Source: Eledone cirrhosa
Lineage: Eukaryota
Assembly (NCBI GenBank): GCA_964016885.1
Contig: OZ024740.1
Span: forward strand, 29,388,001 to 29,452,000
Direction of reading: 5' to 3'
Length of the DNA stretch: 64,000 bases
The position numbers were made by a program, and so were the translations under genes. Below the pieces are notes generated by a model that was not told the DNA's origin, searched no databases, and worked only from the letters and a program-made list of their open reading frames with translations. Position 1 is the stretch's first letter. The number at the start of each line of letters is the position of its first letter. This document shows, in pieces, positions 27,901 to 40,425 of this stretch.

Positions 27901-28329
27901 TGGATATATTCATGTATATGTATGTGTTCGCATGTATCTGTGTATTTCTTTATATTGTATATATATATATATATATTATTGAATAAACAAGAGAGATGAA
28001 CACTAATATAAACATACATGTGTTCGAATCGTAAGGACCAAAATTTACTAGGGTGAAAAAATACTAACTACAGCAATATGGTTTGTTATACTTAACTTTA
28101 AATATTAAATTAAGAAAAATTAAGAATAATAACAGACCTATATTGGGTAAAACGCCTGGTAACAACTAGACAGTATTGGAGACTGTTCCGAAACGACTTA
28201 TTAAGTGAAGTTCTCACGTTTCCCTGCTCCTCAGTGGTTGTTGAGAAATTAGTGATCCTTTCACTTCTAAAAATATTAGAGAATGAATTGTGTACGATAT
28301 GAATTATCGCACGTGTCATTCGGAACCCC

Positions 28330-28390
28330 GAAGAAGAAGAAGAAGAAGAAGAAGAAGAAGAAGAAGAAGAAGAAGAAGAAGAAGAAGAAG

Positions 28391-28433
<43 letters not shown>

Positions 28434-28680
28434 GGAATATCAACAACAACAACAACAACAACAACAACAACGACGACAGCAACAACGACAAAAACAACGA
28501 CAATATCAACAATATCAACAATATCAACAACACCACCACCAACAACAACAACAACAATATCAACATCAACAACAACAACAACAATATCAATAATATCAAC
28601 ATCAACAACAACAACAACAATATCAACAAGAACAATGACAGCAACAATGACAAAAACAACAACAATCACACCAACAACAA
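28330..28680. repeat. (AAG)n followed by (AAC)n trinucleotide tract
   Basis: Direct reading. Confidence 0.95.
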
Positions 28681-28834
28681 AAAGCAAAACTGTTGGAAGT
28701 TTTAACGTCAGATTAAATGTGATGGAGGGACGATGGTTGAGACGGCGTCTCAATAATTAGTGACTAAACGAACAATACTGGTAGAAGTGGGAGGTCATTT
28801 TATATAGGGATCACTTGATGTGTTGTATGAGATA

Positions 28835-29556
28835 TGGTGGGAGGCGGTGACGGGGTGCTGGTGGTGGTGGTGCTGGTGGTGGTGGTGGGGTGATGGTGGT
28901 GAGGGTTGGGAGGTTAGTGTGGGGTGTAGTGGTGGGGGTGGGGGTGGATGCAGTGGTGGTGGTGGTGGTGGTAGTGGGGGAGGGCGGTGAGGTGCTGCTG
29001 GTGAGGGGGTGAGAGGGGTAAGTGTGGGGAGGTGGAATGGTGGGGTGGAGGCGTTGCTAGTGGTGGTGGTGGTGGTAGTGTGTGTGTGTGTGGGGGGGGG
29101 GGCTGCTGGTGAGGCAGCCGCTGGGGACATAGAATTGGAAAAGGACGGATTTGATAGATGGATAAATAGATGGATTGTCTGATAGGTTGGTGTTGGGTAG
29201 GGGTAGGGTAGTAGGTGGTGGGGTGGGTAAATATATAGATTGGAGGATGTGCAGAGAACTGGGTTGATAGATAGCTGGGTAGATGGATGGGTGGATGGCG
29301 GGATGGGTGGATGGCGGGATGGGTGGATGGTTGGATGGGTGGATGGGTGGATGGGTGGATAGTTGGATGGTTGGATGGGTGGATGGGTGGATGGTTGGAT
29401 GGTTGGATGGGTGGATGGTTGGATGGGTGGATGGTTGAATGGGTGGATGGGTGGATGGTTGGATGGGTGGATGGTTGGATGGGTGGATGGTTGGATGGGT
29501 GGATGGGTGGATGGGTGGATGGGTGGATGGGTGGATGGATGGATGGGTGGATGGGG
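28835..29556. repeat. G-rich low complexity: (GGT)n then (GGAT/GGGT/GGTT)n
   Basis: Direct reading. Confidence 0.9.
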
Positions 29557-30059
29557 TGAAGGAAAGAGGAAAAGAAGGAAGGAAGAATGTGATAGGGAGA
29601 GAGCAAGGAAGAAAGGAAAGAATGAAAAGTGGTAGGAAGGAAGGAGAGAGTAAAGTGGGCGAGAAGAGAGAGCGGGGAAAGTGATAAAGAAATGGATATA
29701 ACGCTGTTGATATAGAAAAGTAATAAAGAAAATAGGAAAGATTTAGACTATAAAAGACATTTTAGGAGAAAAACTGAAATAATGGAGTTGGATAAATATT
29801 TGAACAGGAATATAGAGAATAAAGAGAGGGTGGAGAGGGGGAGAGACAGGGAGAGAGGGGGAGACAGACAGTGAGAGAGAATGATTGCTAGATAGAAAGA
29901 TAGATAGATAGATAGGATTTGTATCGCATCTACATATTCATCAGAAGCGATACACACACACACAGATATATATACACATACATAAATACACATATATTTA
30001 AATATATATATATATATACATATATTTAAATATATATATATACATATATATAAATATAT

Positions 30060-30110
<51 letters not shown>

Positions 30111-30117
<7 letters not shown>

Positions 30118-30720
30118 CGTAAAATAAGAAAATTTAAAAAAAATTTTTAAAAATTAACTTACTAAAATTTTCACTCCAACTAATTAGTTTCTGCAATGGG
30201 ATAAAGACAGTTACGTAATAAACTGTTGAGAATTCATTGCGTCATCAGGGAGGTCTATTCTCAGCTAAGTCTCCAGGCAATGCGCGGACACTGGGGACTC
30301 ATATAAAAATAATAATAATTCGGTAAATGGAACAGCTAGCGGGGACTGGATTCCATGCACTGAAAATCTCGCTGTCACTGGTCAAATGGTAGATTCTAAA
30401 GAATCAATCACGTGACACTGAGGCTAGTCGGTAGGAGTGGGATGGTAAGATGACAGAAGCCTACTAACACACCAAAAAATTGGTAGTGGTTTTGGCAGGT
30501 TTGCTCGACAAATAAGTGATTTGGAGATAAATATAGAGAATTTAGTATATCTACTAATAGCGTACAGATGTACGCTAATGCCAGCAAATACACAGGTTAC
30601 GTCTTTTATATTATTGTTCTGCATCCTCCTGCATTGAACCACCTAGGTACTATGACATAACCTGTGTATTTGCTGGCATTAGCGTATATCTGTACGCATA
30701 TGTTAGTAGATATACTCAAT

Positions 30721-30722
<2 letters not shown>
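30111..30722. mobile_element. retrozyme/pLTR-like element of the 553-bp family, copy 1
   Basis: Homologous to 46131-47450; left arm 30111-30599, inverted arm 30598-30722; TA-flanked. Confidence 0.85.
30174..30252 (-). ncRNA. type I hammerhead ribozyme, 553-bp family
   Basis: CUCC CUGAUGA CGCAAUG...CAUUGCA GAAA CUAAUUAG UU/GGAG. Confidence 0.85.
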
Positions 30723-30761
<39 letters not shown>

Positions 30762-30826
30762 ATATGTATATATATATACATATATATATACAGTATATTT
30801 ATATATACATACATATATATACAGTA

Positions 30827-30890
<64 letters not shown>

Positions 30891-30893
<3 letters not shown>

Positions 30894-31029
30894 CAAAGGA
30901 AATGTGGTAAGGAACCAGATGGACCATAACGCACCAGAGTATTCAATACTTAGGGTAGTAGAGTGGGATTTAATCCAGAAATAGCTGTCGAAATGGCTTG
31001 AGCTCTGTCATCGGGGTCATACTTTTTCC

Positions 31030-31031
<2 letters not shown>
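30891..31031. mobile_element. TA-flanked two-arm island, same family as 53923-54120 and 47502-47630
   Basis: Shares GTGGTAAGGAACCAG...CAATACTT...GTAGAGTGGG and GTCGAAAYGGCTTGAGCTC...GGGGTC...TTCCTATA. Confidence 0.7.
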
Positions 31032-31060
<29 letters not shown>

Positions 31061-31126
31061 CAAGGAGACAACAAACAGAGACACAAAAGGCTTAGTTTCA
31101 CGCTTTATATTGGAAAGAGGTAAGAA

Positions 31127-31164
31127 AGTTCGACGTGTCGGGCCTAAGCCCTTCTTAGGGAGTT
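31127..31164 (-). ncRNA. degenerate minimal hammerhead
   Basis: CCUAAGA A GGGC UUAG GCCC GACA CGUC GAAC: stem II intact, both core segments mutated. Confidence 0.45.
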
Positions 31165-31343
31165 AAAATAGAGACAGGATCACAATGGAGAAACGGAAAG
31201 AGGGTCCAGTAAAGACACAAAAAAAAACGAAAATGAAAAGGGAAAACAAATATATATATACTATGTATAGACATTTTAACGATTTTAAGAAGCCGTAGCT
31301 ATGCAAACACCTCTGGTGGTGTTCAGCAGTAGCAAGGGGGACA

Positions 31344-31387
31344 ACCGTCTATGCATTTCAGGCTTGACTGGCCATCGTCAGGACGGT
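31344..31387 (-). ncRNA. type I hammerhead ribozyme
   Basis: ACCGUC CUGACGA UGGC CAGUCAA GCCU GAAA UGCA UA/GACGGU. Confidence 0.88.
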
Positions 31388-31649
31388 CTCTCCCACCGAA
31401 TGCTACTGCTGGACTTGAAAACAGTCGAGAATATATAGTTTTCTCGTCTGTGTAAATGAGGTGATTAATCTCATTTGCATATGAAGCTGCATAATTTGGC
31501 TGAACTTATGATAGAATGGAAATAAGATTTCGCTTCAAGCATAGCTTTATACAATATGTATAGAAATTTCGTTAATCACCTCATTTACACAGACGATAAA
31601 ACTATATATTCTCGACTGTTTTCAAGTCCAGCAGTCGCAATCGGGGGGA

Positions 31650-31699
31650 GGGAGCGTCCTGACGATGGCCACTCAAGCCTGAAATGCAAAGACGCTCCC
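31650..31699 (+). ncRNA. hammerhead ribozyme with mutated cleavage triplet (AAA)
   Basis: GGGAGCGUC CUGACGA UGGC CACUCAA GCCU GAAA UGCA AA GACGCUCCC; 9-bp stem I. Confidence 0.8.
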
Positions 31700-31863
31700 T
31701 GCCATCGCTTGCTTCTGCTGGACACCACCAGAGGGCGTTAGCCCCTCGGTGTTTTCATAGCTACGGCTTCCTAAAACCGTATTTCTTTAGAAATACGAAA
31801 TTTCTATATATATTGTATAAAGCTATGCTTGAAGCGAAATCTTATTTCTTTTCAAATATATAT

Positions 31864-32275
31864 ACTAGCAGAGGTACCCGGCGTTGCTCGGATATTAAAT
31901 AGCAGTTGTGTATACCATTTTGTCAATACTTCAGTGCTGCTTCGAAAACTATACTTTTACAAAACATCGGCTTTTTCCAAAAGGGGGTTCCTGCCTTCAG
32001 GGGTCCCCTACTCAATATGTGCCAATTCTGAGAGTTCACATTCATCTGTAGGACAAACGTAGCCCATGTGTCAAGTTTTGTGAAAATCGATTGCGAACTC
32101 CAGAAGTTATGACGTTTTGTTGCATTGCACTGCAGTGTTAAAGGGGTTATCTGCCGGGGGGCCCTATAATCAATATCTAGAAAAATGAAAGTGCCCATGA
32201 CCATCCGGAGTTCATAAGTAACCTATGTCTTAAGTTTGGTGAAAATACTGTAGAAATGCATAAGGTTTATACATA
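31864..32275 (+). mobile_element. non-autonomous Helentron-like (HINE/DINE-type) element
   Basis: Starts ACTAGCAGAGGTACCCGGCGTTGCTCGG; close copy at 42810-43232. Confidence 0.6.
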
Positions 32276-32872
32276 GTAGATTTGTTTATATATGAATGAC
32301 AAAAAGAAAAGTACAAAACTATACATGAATTGTTTCTACTAAACCTTCAATTTAAGACACAACCTACATATTTGATAGGACTCCAGCTCACACCTTCTTC
32401 TTCTTCTTCTTCTTCTTCTTCTTCTTCTTCTTCTTCTTCTTCTTTTGCTCCTCCTGGAACATTGGGCTGCGAGCCACCCCCACACAACGCCATGTTCTGA
32501 GTCTGCTTTTCAACTCCACCGTGATGCACGGTGCGTCATGGTGTATCTAACCATTATTTTAGGTCTTACTACGGCTGATTTCTTCCAGAGAGAAAGAAAG
32601 AGATGGAAAAATGCAGAGAAGATTCATCGCCGGAGGAATAATAAAAAATGTTTACACTGCATATTTCATTTTTCCAAAGCTAAAGCTGCCGATCCAAAAT
32701 CAGTAATTCAACTCCCTGAAAACTTTCAAATATATGCTGTTCTAGCATGAATATTATGCTAAGGGGCAGCTGTCCACAAAGTAAGATTTACTTGCATATC
32801 CCCGCTCATATAAACACATAAATACATGCATACATACATTACAGTTGATATTTTTTTTATTAAAGCGTTTTC

Positions 32873-32904
<32 letters not shown>

Positions 32905-32907
<3 letters not shown>

Positions 32908-33011
32908 GATATTTAATATCGTAAATATACTCCAAATACTTGTTGAGTGCTTTTATATCAGTTATAAATATTTACTCGTTGTGACCCAACAATTTAAATA
33001 AAACTTTGCAT
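32905..33011. mobile_element. minimal family P1 insertion (8-bp left arm plus right tail)
   Basis: TATA-CGATATTTAATATCGTAAATATACTCCAAATACTTGTTGAGTGC...CTTTGCA-TATA. Confidence 0.75.
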
Positions 33012-33034
33012 ATATATATATATATATATATATA

Positions 33035-33222
33035 GTTGTCTCTACTTTAGGCACAAGGCCAGCAATTACCCAGTGCATTACTGGTACTTTATTTTATCGA
33101 CCCCGTAAGGATGAAAGGCAAAGTCAACCTCGGCGGGATTTGAACTCAGATCGTAAAGGGACGTAACTATGCTGGAAAGCATGGCGTCCGACCCTCTACC
33201 GATACTGCCAATCCACCGCCCT
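33035..33222 (-). mobile_element. SINE family 1, full length
   Basis: Complete from AGGGCGGTGGATTGGCAG to TAAAGTAGAGACAA on the minus strand. Confidence 0.9.
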
Positions 33223-33224
33223 AT

Positions 33225-33799
33225 AATGGGTGGTGGTTGAAATTCAGTTGTGCACGGTTAAATGGGAGTAGACGTAGTCGGACGGACATGAAAATTTACA
33301 CACCTATGTAAAAAGTGCCAAGGAAGCAAATAGATGAGGTTTGAAATCTCTAACTTGAAAAATGTGGTCCCTGGGGCCCCAAAACGGTCTATTTACTATC
33401 GCGTTCGGTGAGTTATTTGCCCCTGTTCTAATACTTGTGTCTTATTTACAATTTCATACAAATAAAGCAGTAAAAAAAGGATTATGAGTTCATGCAATTG
33501 ACTTATGTTTCGTCACTATATATATATATATAGTGACGAAACATAAGTCAATTGCATGAACTCATAATCCTTTATTTACTGCTTTATTTGTATGAAATTG
33601 TAGGCAAATAACTCACCGAACGCGATAGCAAATAGACCGTTTTGGGGCCCCAGGGACCACATTTTTCAAGTTAGAGATTACAAACCTCGTCTATTTGCTT
33701 CCTTGGCACTTTTTACATAGGTGTGTAAATTTTCATGTCCGTCCGACTACGTCTACTCCCATTTAACCGTGCACAACTGAATTTCAACCACCACCCATT
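33225..33799. repeat. large palindrome (arms ~270-290 bp) centred on a short (TA)n
   Basis: 33225-33516 inverted against 33533-33799 with one ~26-bp indel; inner 50 bp match 21473-21524. Confidence 0.9.
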
Positions 33800-33892
33800 T
33801 CCCAAACATATATTAGATTTCGTTTTAACATAAATTCCCGTGGTTGTTATAATGTGTTTAATAAAAAAAAAACACCGGGAATTTATGTTACA

Positions 33893-33943
<51 letters not shown>

Positions 33944-33945
<2 letters not shown>

Positions 33946-34118
33946 GTTATTCCGGGTTGAATCGGAGGTAACCACAGTAAGTAAGGTACTCAATACATAG
34001 CAGAGTATAACAGTTTTAATATAGATGAGATTCTACAGGACTAGAACTGTTTCATTCATTAGAAATGATTCCTGATGATTTCTAATGAATGAAACAGTTC
34101 TAGCCCTGTAGAATCTCA

Positions 34119-34122
<4 letters not shown>
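33944..34122. mobile_element. TA-flanked inverted island with a hammerhead-like core at 34072-34105 (+)
   Basis: CTGATGA TTTCTAATGAAT GAAA CAGTTCTAG; 34021-34066 inverted against 34078-34123; related core at 46049-46082; stem I not evident. Confidence 0.6.
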
Positions 34123-34160
<38 letters not shown>

Positions 34161-34229
34161 TCACGGGAGAACAATGCAACACAATGATACATATATATCA
34201 GTTTAACACTTGATATAGTAGGAAAAGAG

Positions 34230-34266
34230 TTTTAACGTTTCAGACATTAGTCCTTCATCTGATAAA
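34230..34266 (-). ncRNA. degenerate minimal hammerhead, family of 54212
   Basis: CAGAUGA A GGAC UAAU GUCU GAAA CGUU AAAA (U4 changed to A). Confidence 0.55.
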
Positions 34267-34449
34267 AATTGGTGGCGTCCTTGTTAATGAAAAAGTTTAC
34301 GAGCCCCTGCGCAACATACACCCGTTGTCTACATTCTGAGCTCACGGGTCACGCAGTGAGGCTTTACGTGGGCGCTCTGCCTGCTAGAAATAATTCAACT
34401 CATGCCACATCCCTCTAACTATGGGAATAAATCACCTGTAGATGGAGTG

Positions 34450-34690
34450 GAGGTGCGTGGCTTAGTGGTAAGGATGTTGGAATTATGATCATGTCAAGGA
34501 TTCGATTCCTGAACTGGGGTGTGTGTTGTATTCTTGAGCAAAACACTTCATTTCACATTGCTTCAGTATACTCAGCTGTAAATGAGTACCAGCAATACCT
34601 GGGGGTTTACCCTACGATAGACTGGCGTCCTGTCCAGGCGGAGAGAGCCTTGTACTCTCCTGGATACCGGGATAAGCCCCGGTCTAACGA
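34450..34690 (+). mobile_element. CORE-type SINE, family 2
   Basis: TGGCTTAGTGG, GATTCGATTCC, CTTGAGCAAAACACTT...ACTCAGCTGTAAATGAGTAC. Confidence 0.75.
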
Positions 34691-34854
34691 GCCTTCTAGC
34701 TTTAGACAGACTTTAGACTTTAGAGAGCTCTAGGTACATTCTATGAACTTTTCAGTCGACCCTTCGACCTTCGTCAAATCGGACTGAGGAAACATTGGTT
34801 TCGTCGGTCTTTCCAATTGCTAATACTATTTATCGGTCGCAACTCCAGGTAGAA

Positions 34855-34972
34855 GGAGCAACGTGAAATAAAGTGTCTTGCTCAAGGTCATAACGCATCG
34901 CCCGGTCCAGGAATCGAACTCACAACCTCAAGATTATGAATCCAATTCCCTAACCACTCATCCACACACCTT
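34855..34972 (-). mobile_element. CORE-type SINE, family 2, 5' part
   Basis: Reverse complement GAGTTCGATTCCTGGACCGGG...CCTTGAGCAAGACACTTTATTTCACGTTGCTCC. Confidence 0.75.
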
Positions 34973-35356
34973 CAGCCGACCCTTGTATAGATTTAACACA
35001 CAATACTTTCTCAGACTTACTAAGAATCCCCATCAAATATCTGAGAGATATTTTATATTGAGTTTACAGACTAGTGACTGTTTGATATTCTAGGATTGTG
35101 AATATATTTCGGGATACAACAAAGAATTGGTAGAATCGTTGGCGTGTGGGATTATAGTATTTATGGCATTTGTTCCAGATTTCTGCGCTCTGTGTGGAAA
35201 TCCCACCGAAGGCTACTTTGCCTTTCATCTTTTAGGTTCGATAAATAAAGCAACAGTCCAGAGGTGATGGTTTGGAAAAAGTTGTTGCAACGTTGCATGA
35301 GATGCTTTGTGATATCTCTGCCGCTTCTAAGTTCAAATTACGCTTGAACGTGATAA

Positions 35357-35752
35357 ATAATTGTTTCTACTTTTGGCATAAGGCCAGAAATTACCCCAGT
35401 GTGTTACTAGTACTTTATTTTATCGACCCCGTAAGGATGAAAGGCAAAGTTAACTTCGGCGGGATTTGTACTCAGAATGGAAAGGGCCGTAACTCTATGC
35501 GTCAAAGCATGGTGTCCGACCCTCTACCGATACTGCCAATCCACCACCCCAACGTGATAAATAATTGTTTCTACTTTAGGCACAAGGACAGCAATTACCC
35601 AGTGCATTACTGGTATTTATTTTATCGACGCTGTAAGGATGAAAGGCAAAGTCAACCTCGGCGGGATTTGAACTCAGATCGTAAAGGGACGTAACTATGG
35701 TGGAAAGCATGGCGTCCGACCCTCTACCGATACTGCCAATCCACCGCCCTAC
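35357..35752 (-). mobile_element. two tandem SINE family 1 copies
   Basis: Copies at ~35357-35550 and ~35561-35751, delimited by ACGTGATAAATAAT at 35348, 35552 and 35751. Confidence 0.9.
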
Positions 35753-36031
35753 GTGATAAATAATGGTGACCTATCACGTTTACTCTCTATTCAAATGGCA
35801 GAAGGATAAAAAGAGTGGGCTGCTGTGAGAGCGGTCATGGTCCGAACTGTTTATGCTATGAAGTAGATGATAAACAATTCAAAGATCCTGGTTTGACAGA
35901 TACTACGTCGTGAATCTGTCGGAGAATTGCGTTAATAGCAAAAATGTCTGAAATAGACATTTACGAATTAATATAATTAGTAGACAATTCAGTTGATCAA
36001 ACAACTAGCTGGGACACAGATCATCGAAACC

Positions 36032-37089
36032 GTTAGTTGGATGGTTGGCTGGCTGGTTGATTGGCTGGTTGGTTAGTTGGTTGGTTGATTGATTGGTTAG
36101 TTGGATGGTTGGTTGGTTGATTGGTTGGTTGGTTGGTTGGTTAGTTGGTTGGTTGATTGGTTGGCTTGTTGGTTGGCTGGTTGGTTGGTTGATTGGTTGG
36201 TTAGTTGGTTGTTGACTGGTTGATTGGTTGGTTAGCTAGTTGGTTGGTTGGTTAATTGGTTGGTTGGTTGGTTAGTTGGTTGGTTGGTTGATTGGTTGGT
36301 TGGTTGATTGGTTGGCTTGTTGGTTGGCTGGTTGGTTCATTGGTTGATTGGTTGGTTAGTTGGTTGATGGGCTGGTTGATTGTTTGATTGGTTTGGTTGG
36401 TTGGTTGGTTGGTTGGCTGCTTGGTTGGTGGTTGGCTGGTTGGCTGGTTGGTTGGTTGGTTTGTTGGTTGTTTTGTTGGATGGCTGTCTGGTTGGCTGGT
36501 TGGTTGACTGGTGGCTGGTTTGTTGGTTGGTTGGTTAGTTGGTTGGTTGGTGATTGGCTGGTTGGCTGGTTGGTGGTTGGTTAGTTGGTTGGTTGGTTGG
36601 TTGGTTGGTTAGTTGGTTGGTTGGTTGATTGGTTGGATGGTTGGTTGGATGGCTGATTGGTTGATCGTTTGATTGGTTGGTTGGTTGGTGGTTGGCTCGT
36701 TGGTTGATTGGTTGGTTGGTTGGTTGGTGGCTGGCTGGTTGGCTGGTTGGTTGGTTTGTTGGTTGTTTTGTTGGCTGGCTGTCTGGTTGGCTGGTTGGTT
36801 CGTTGGTTGACTGGTGGCTGGTTTGTTGGTTGGTTGGTTAGTTGCTTGGATGGTGGTTGGCTGGTTGGCTGGTTGGTTGGTTAGTTAGTTGGTTGGTTGG
36901 TTGGTTGGTTGGTTGGTTGGTTGGTTGGTTGGTTAGTTGGTTGGTTGGTTAATTGGTTGGTTGGTTGGTTGGTTGGTTGGTTGGTTAGTTGGTTGGTTGG
37001 TTGGTTGGTTGGTTGGTTAATTGGTTGGTTGGTTGGTTGGTTGGTTGGTTGGTTAGTTGTTTGGTTGGTCGGTTGGTTGGCTGGTTGGT
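36032..37089. repeat. (GGTT)n microsatellite, ~1 kb
   Basis: Direct reading. Confidence 0.97.
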
Positions 37090-37890
37090 ATTTGACATTC
37101 TTAAGCTCCCAGAAAACAAGTTATAATCTGTGTGGGGAAAATTCGGGATCGATTTTCATTGTAGAAAATATCTGTGGAAGGAAGAGAGGGGGTGATAGAG
37201 TGGTAGTGGGAGTGGTGGTGGGAGTGGTGGTGGGAGTGATAGAGTAGTAGTGGTGGTGGGAGTGAGAACATGAAGGTGGAATGGAAAGGGTCCCCTTATT
37301 CTTAATGATTATTTATTGTAATCTTTAATCTTCCTTATAATAACCAGATGAGAGTTCTGTCTTTGTTCCTATTATGTTTAATTAAAATTGTTTTAGGAAA
37401 GCCAATACAATGTTAAGAATAAGGAGTGAAGGCGGAATTCATGTAAGACAATTGTTTGCAGGTTTACCTTATATTTCATGATATTACGGGGCTAAAACCT
37501 CTTTTCAAAGGAAAATAAAATGGAGTGTAATGGAGGTGGCTCGCTATTTGTTTATTTGTATGTTTGTTTGTTTTATATGATATGTTGTTTAAATTGTTTG
37601 ATTTAATGAAAGACTGGTGAAATAAGGAGGGAGTAAGGAAAGAGTAAGAGAGGGAGAGAGAACGAATTAAGGAACAAATACAGAAAGAAAGAGTGAAAGA
37701 AAGAAAGATAGAAAGAAAGAATGAAAAAAAGAAAGAAAGAGCGATATAAGAAAATAATGAGTGGAAGAATGAAGAAAAAAACAGTTAAAGAGAAAAAAAT
37801 AAAAAAGAAGAGAAACAGAAGAAAGAGCGATAGATAGACAGACAGATAGACAGATAGACAGATAGATAGATAGGTAGATAGATAGATAGA

Positions 37891-39608
37891 TTTCTTTATT
37901 TGCCACAAGGGCGTACAAGAAAAGGGGACAATACGAAGACACATGCCGTGGATTTTACATACAATCATGTAAAAATATTATTAAATCAAACAAAGTTAAC
38001 AATCGAAATCCCCAATAGGGGGGAGGCGTTACAAATGGGTTGTTTAATACCCCATCGATAGAACAACCCTCAACTTCAGGAGCATGTTGTGCAAGTGCTC
38101 CCTTCCTCATTTTGCTCTCTTCTTTATCCTACAGGTTTATAAACAGAGAAGGCCTAATCACTCGGGCCAATTTTGTTACATTCACCCACCTTTCAATAAA
38201 TTTACTGGGGTGCAGTACCTCTCTCTCCACTCTGATTCCCCTTCTAATGTGGTACTTAAAGAAGGGAATCAATTGTTGTCCGGAGAGAAAGGCATCTGTC
38301 CTCAGTCCTCTCAATCTCGTCCACCATATAGCTTCTTTCACCATAGCCACTGTACAGAGGAAAACCGCCTCTCTTTCGGTTTTGAAAGAGGCTGGCGGTT
38401 TGATCCTTACTATGGACTCGGCAGTCAACTGGATTTGTCCCATACGCGACAGCAGTTGTTCTGCGTAGTTCCACAGGTCGGTTACGCCCGGGCAGTGTAC
38501 AAATGCGTGCAGGACGGTTTCAATGTGCTGCTCGCATCCTGGACACGTCCTCTTGGAAGGATGCCTGCTGGGGCGTCCGTGCTTTTAGATCTTGTCTCGA
38601 ACTGGTAGAGCTCCTGCCAGGCTAGGGACTATTGGAAATTGTCCATAGGACCCGGGCAGAAAGTTCTACCGAACTGATTGGTGAGCTCGTCGTCTTCGAC
38701 GCCCAGAGTCTCTCGGAGCACGTCGTCGCACTTGTGAATTACTAACCCTCTATAAAATGTCGAAGTGGAGCCTCCACTTATTGCTGTGCCCGCTTCACAG
38801 AGGACTATGAGCGCCTGAGCGCATTCAATGTGCCAAGCGCCCATTTTCGGTCTCCGTTTGACCCAGGACTGCAGCTCCGTCAGCCAGACAAGTTGCGGGA
38901 AGGCCTGTCTCACAAACGGTGCCCACACCGGTTGGTCAGTGAGGAATACCTGGAGATGCCGTAGCCTCAGCTCATATTTGCGCATCATCAGCAACGGCAT
39001 TCTCAGCCCTCCGTTGGAAAGGTGCTGACAGCAGACGGATCTCCTCACCAGTGGAGCCTGCTTCTTTCAAAGGGACTGGAAGATCATGCGTTCCATCTTG
39101 GCGAGGTGTTCATGGGGACAAGGCACGACGGTCAAGCGGTAGTAGATGACGGACGCTATGAAAGTGTTCGCCACTTCCGCTCAACCTTTCAAGGACAGTT
39201 TGCACTCTGCCCACTTCTGGGTGAGCGCAAATACCTTGGCCGTTACCTCGTTCCAGTTTTTCTCCACCTGGAGGTCCGGACCGAACCAGACCCCGAGCAA
39301 TTTCACCGCTCCGTCCGTCCAGCGTCCGACGACGCTGTCGGGCGGCATCGGTTTGCCTCTCCACGTACCGAGTTGCAAACCGACAGGCTTGTCCGGGTTA
39401 GTTTTGCTCCTGTGAACCTTTCGTATTCCTGCAGTAAGTTGCCGATCGCCCCGAATTCCGAGGTTTTCAACACCATTACCGTCTCGTGGTCGGCATAAGC
39501 CGACGCCGCTTTCCGCAGTCTCGGTTCCAACGGGATGCCCTGCAGTAGCTCCAACTTCCGCAGTAGTGGATCTAGAGTCAGTACATACAGAATGGTGGAG
39601 AGAGGGCA
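37891..39608 (-). mobile_element. Tx1/L1-clade non-LTR retrotransposon, 5'-truncated, frameshifted RT
   Basis: CPLSTILYVLTLDPL, AYADH (YADD), VKLLGVWF, LSLKG; 3' end CCCTTGTGGCAAATAAAGAAA followed by (TCTA)n. Confidence 0.85.
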
Positions 39609-40029
39609 GACAGACAGATAGATATCTTCAGACAGACTAACAGGCAGACAGATAGACAGACAGAGAGAGAGAGGAAGGTTAGAACATGTGTTTCAAATAG
39701 CGCAGTATTAACTAAATGAGTACTCAATACTGTGGCTAGAGTGTAAAAATATATTAAAATAAGACTCCAGTTGCATTTTCGATTTCACTCGTGTAGGACA
39801 CCTCGGTTATTTTTCATTTTGTAAAAAAACCTCACTTTCTAATATATATATATATGTATATATATATATAGAGAGAGAGAGTGAGAGAGATAGAGAGAGA
39901 GTGAGAGAGAGAGATATATACACTCCTATACGGAGAGGGAGCGATAGATAGATATATTTCTTTATTTAGACAGACAGACATTGAAAGATAGAGGGAGAGA
40001 TTGAGAGAAAGAGAAAGAGAGAGAGGGGG

Positions 40030-40060
<31 letters not shown>

Positions 40061-40214
40061 TGACAATCGTTTATTCTCATTTTAGAACAGTGTACTCTGA
40101 CGTAATTCATTGTGTCCATTTTGTTTTAAATGACGGCAGGGTGGGATTCGGTGGAGATTTGGTTGCAATTTCTAGCAGGTCGAGTGACCACGTGGAAGTC
40201 ACATTGTGTAGTAG

Positions 40215-40425
40215 TTGTTTCTACATTTGGCACAAGGCCAGCAATTTGAAGGGGAGGGGGAAAGTCAACTAAATAGACTCCAGTGTGTTACTGGTACTTT
40301 ATTCATCGACCTCGTAAGGATGAAAGGTGAAGCTAACCTCGGTGGGATTTGAACTCAGAACGCAAAGGGACGTAACTCTATACTGCAAAGCATGTTGTGC
40401 GACGCTCTACCGATACTGACAATCC
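40215..40425 (-). mobile_element. SINE family 1, long variant
   Basis: TTGTTTCTAC...GGCACAAGGCCAGC...GGATTTGAACTCAG. Confidence 0.85.

Larger units (their letters stand above)
31261..31857. mobile_element. retrozyme/pLTR-like element, ~293-bp monomer plus a diverged inverted arm
   Basis: TATGTATAGA at 31262 and 31555; 31572-31850 is an inverted variant; TA-flanked. Confidence 0.8.

Noticed and set aside
28209-28240. Hammerhead-like CUGAGGA GCAGG GAAA CGUG on the minus strand
   Set aside because: No stem II, no stem I pairing and no valid NUH site.
36032-37089. Telomeric repeat
   Set aside because: The unit is GGTT, not TTAGGG, and it is interstitial.
38040-39554. Plus-strand ORFs over the Tx1 copy as host genes
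   Set aside because: They are antisense frames of the decayed LINE RT.
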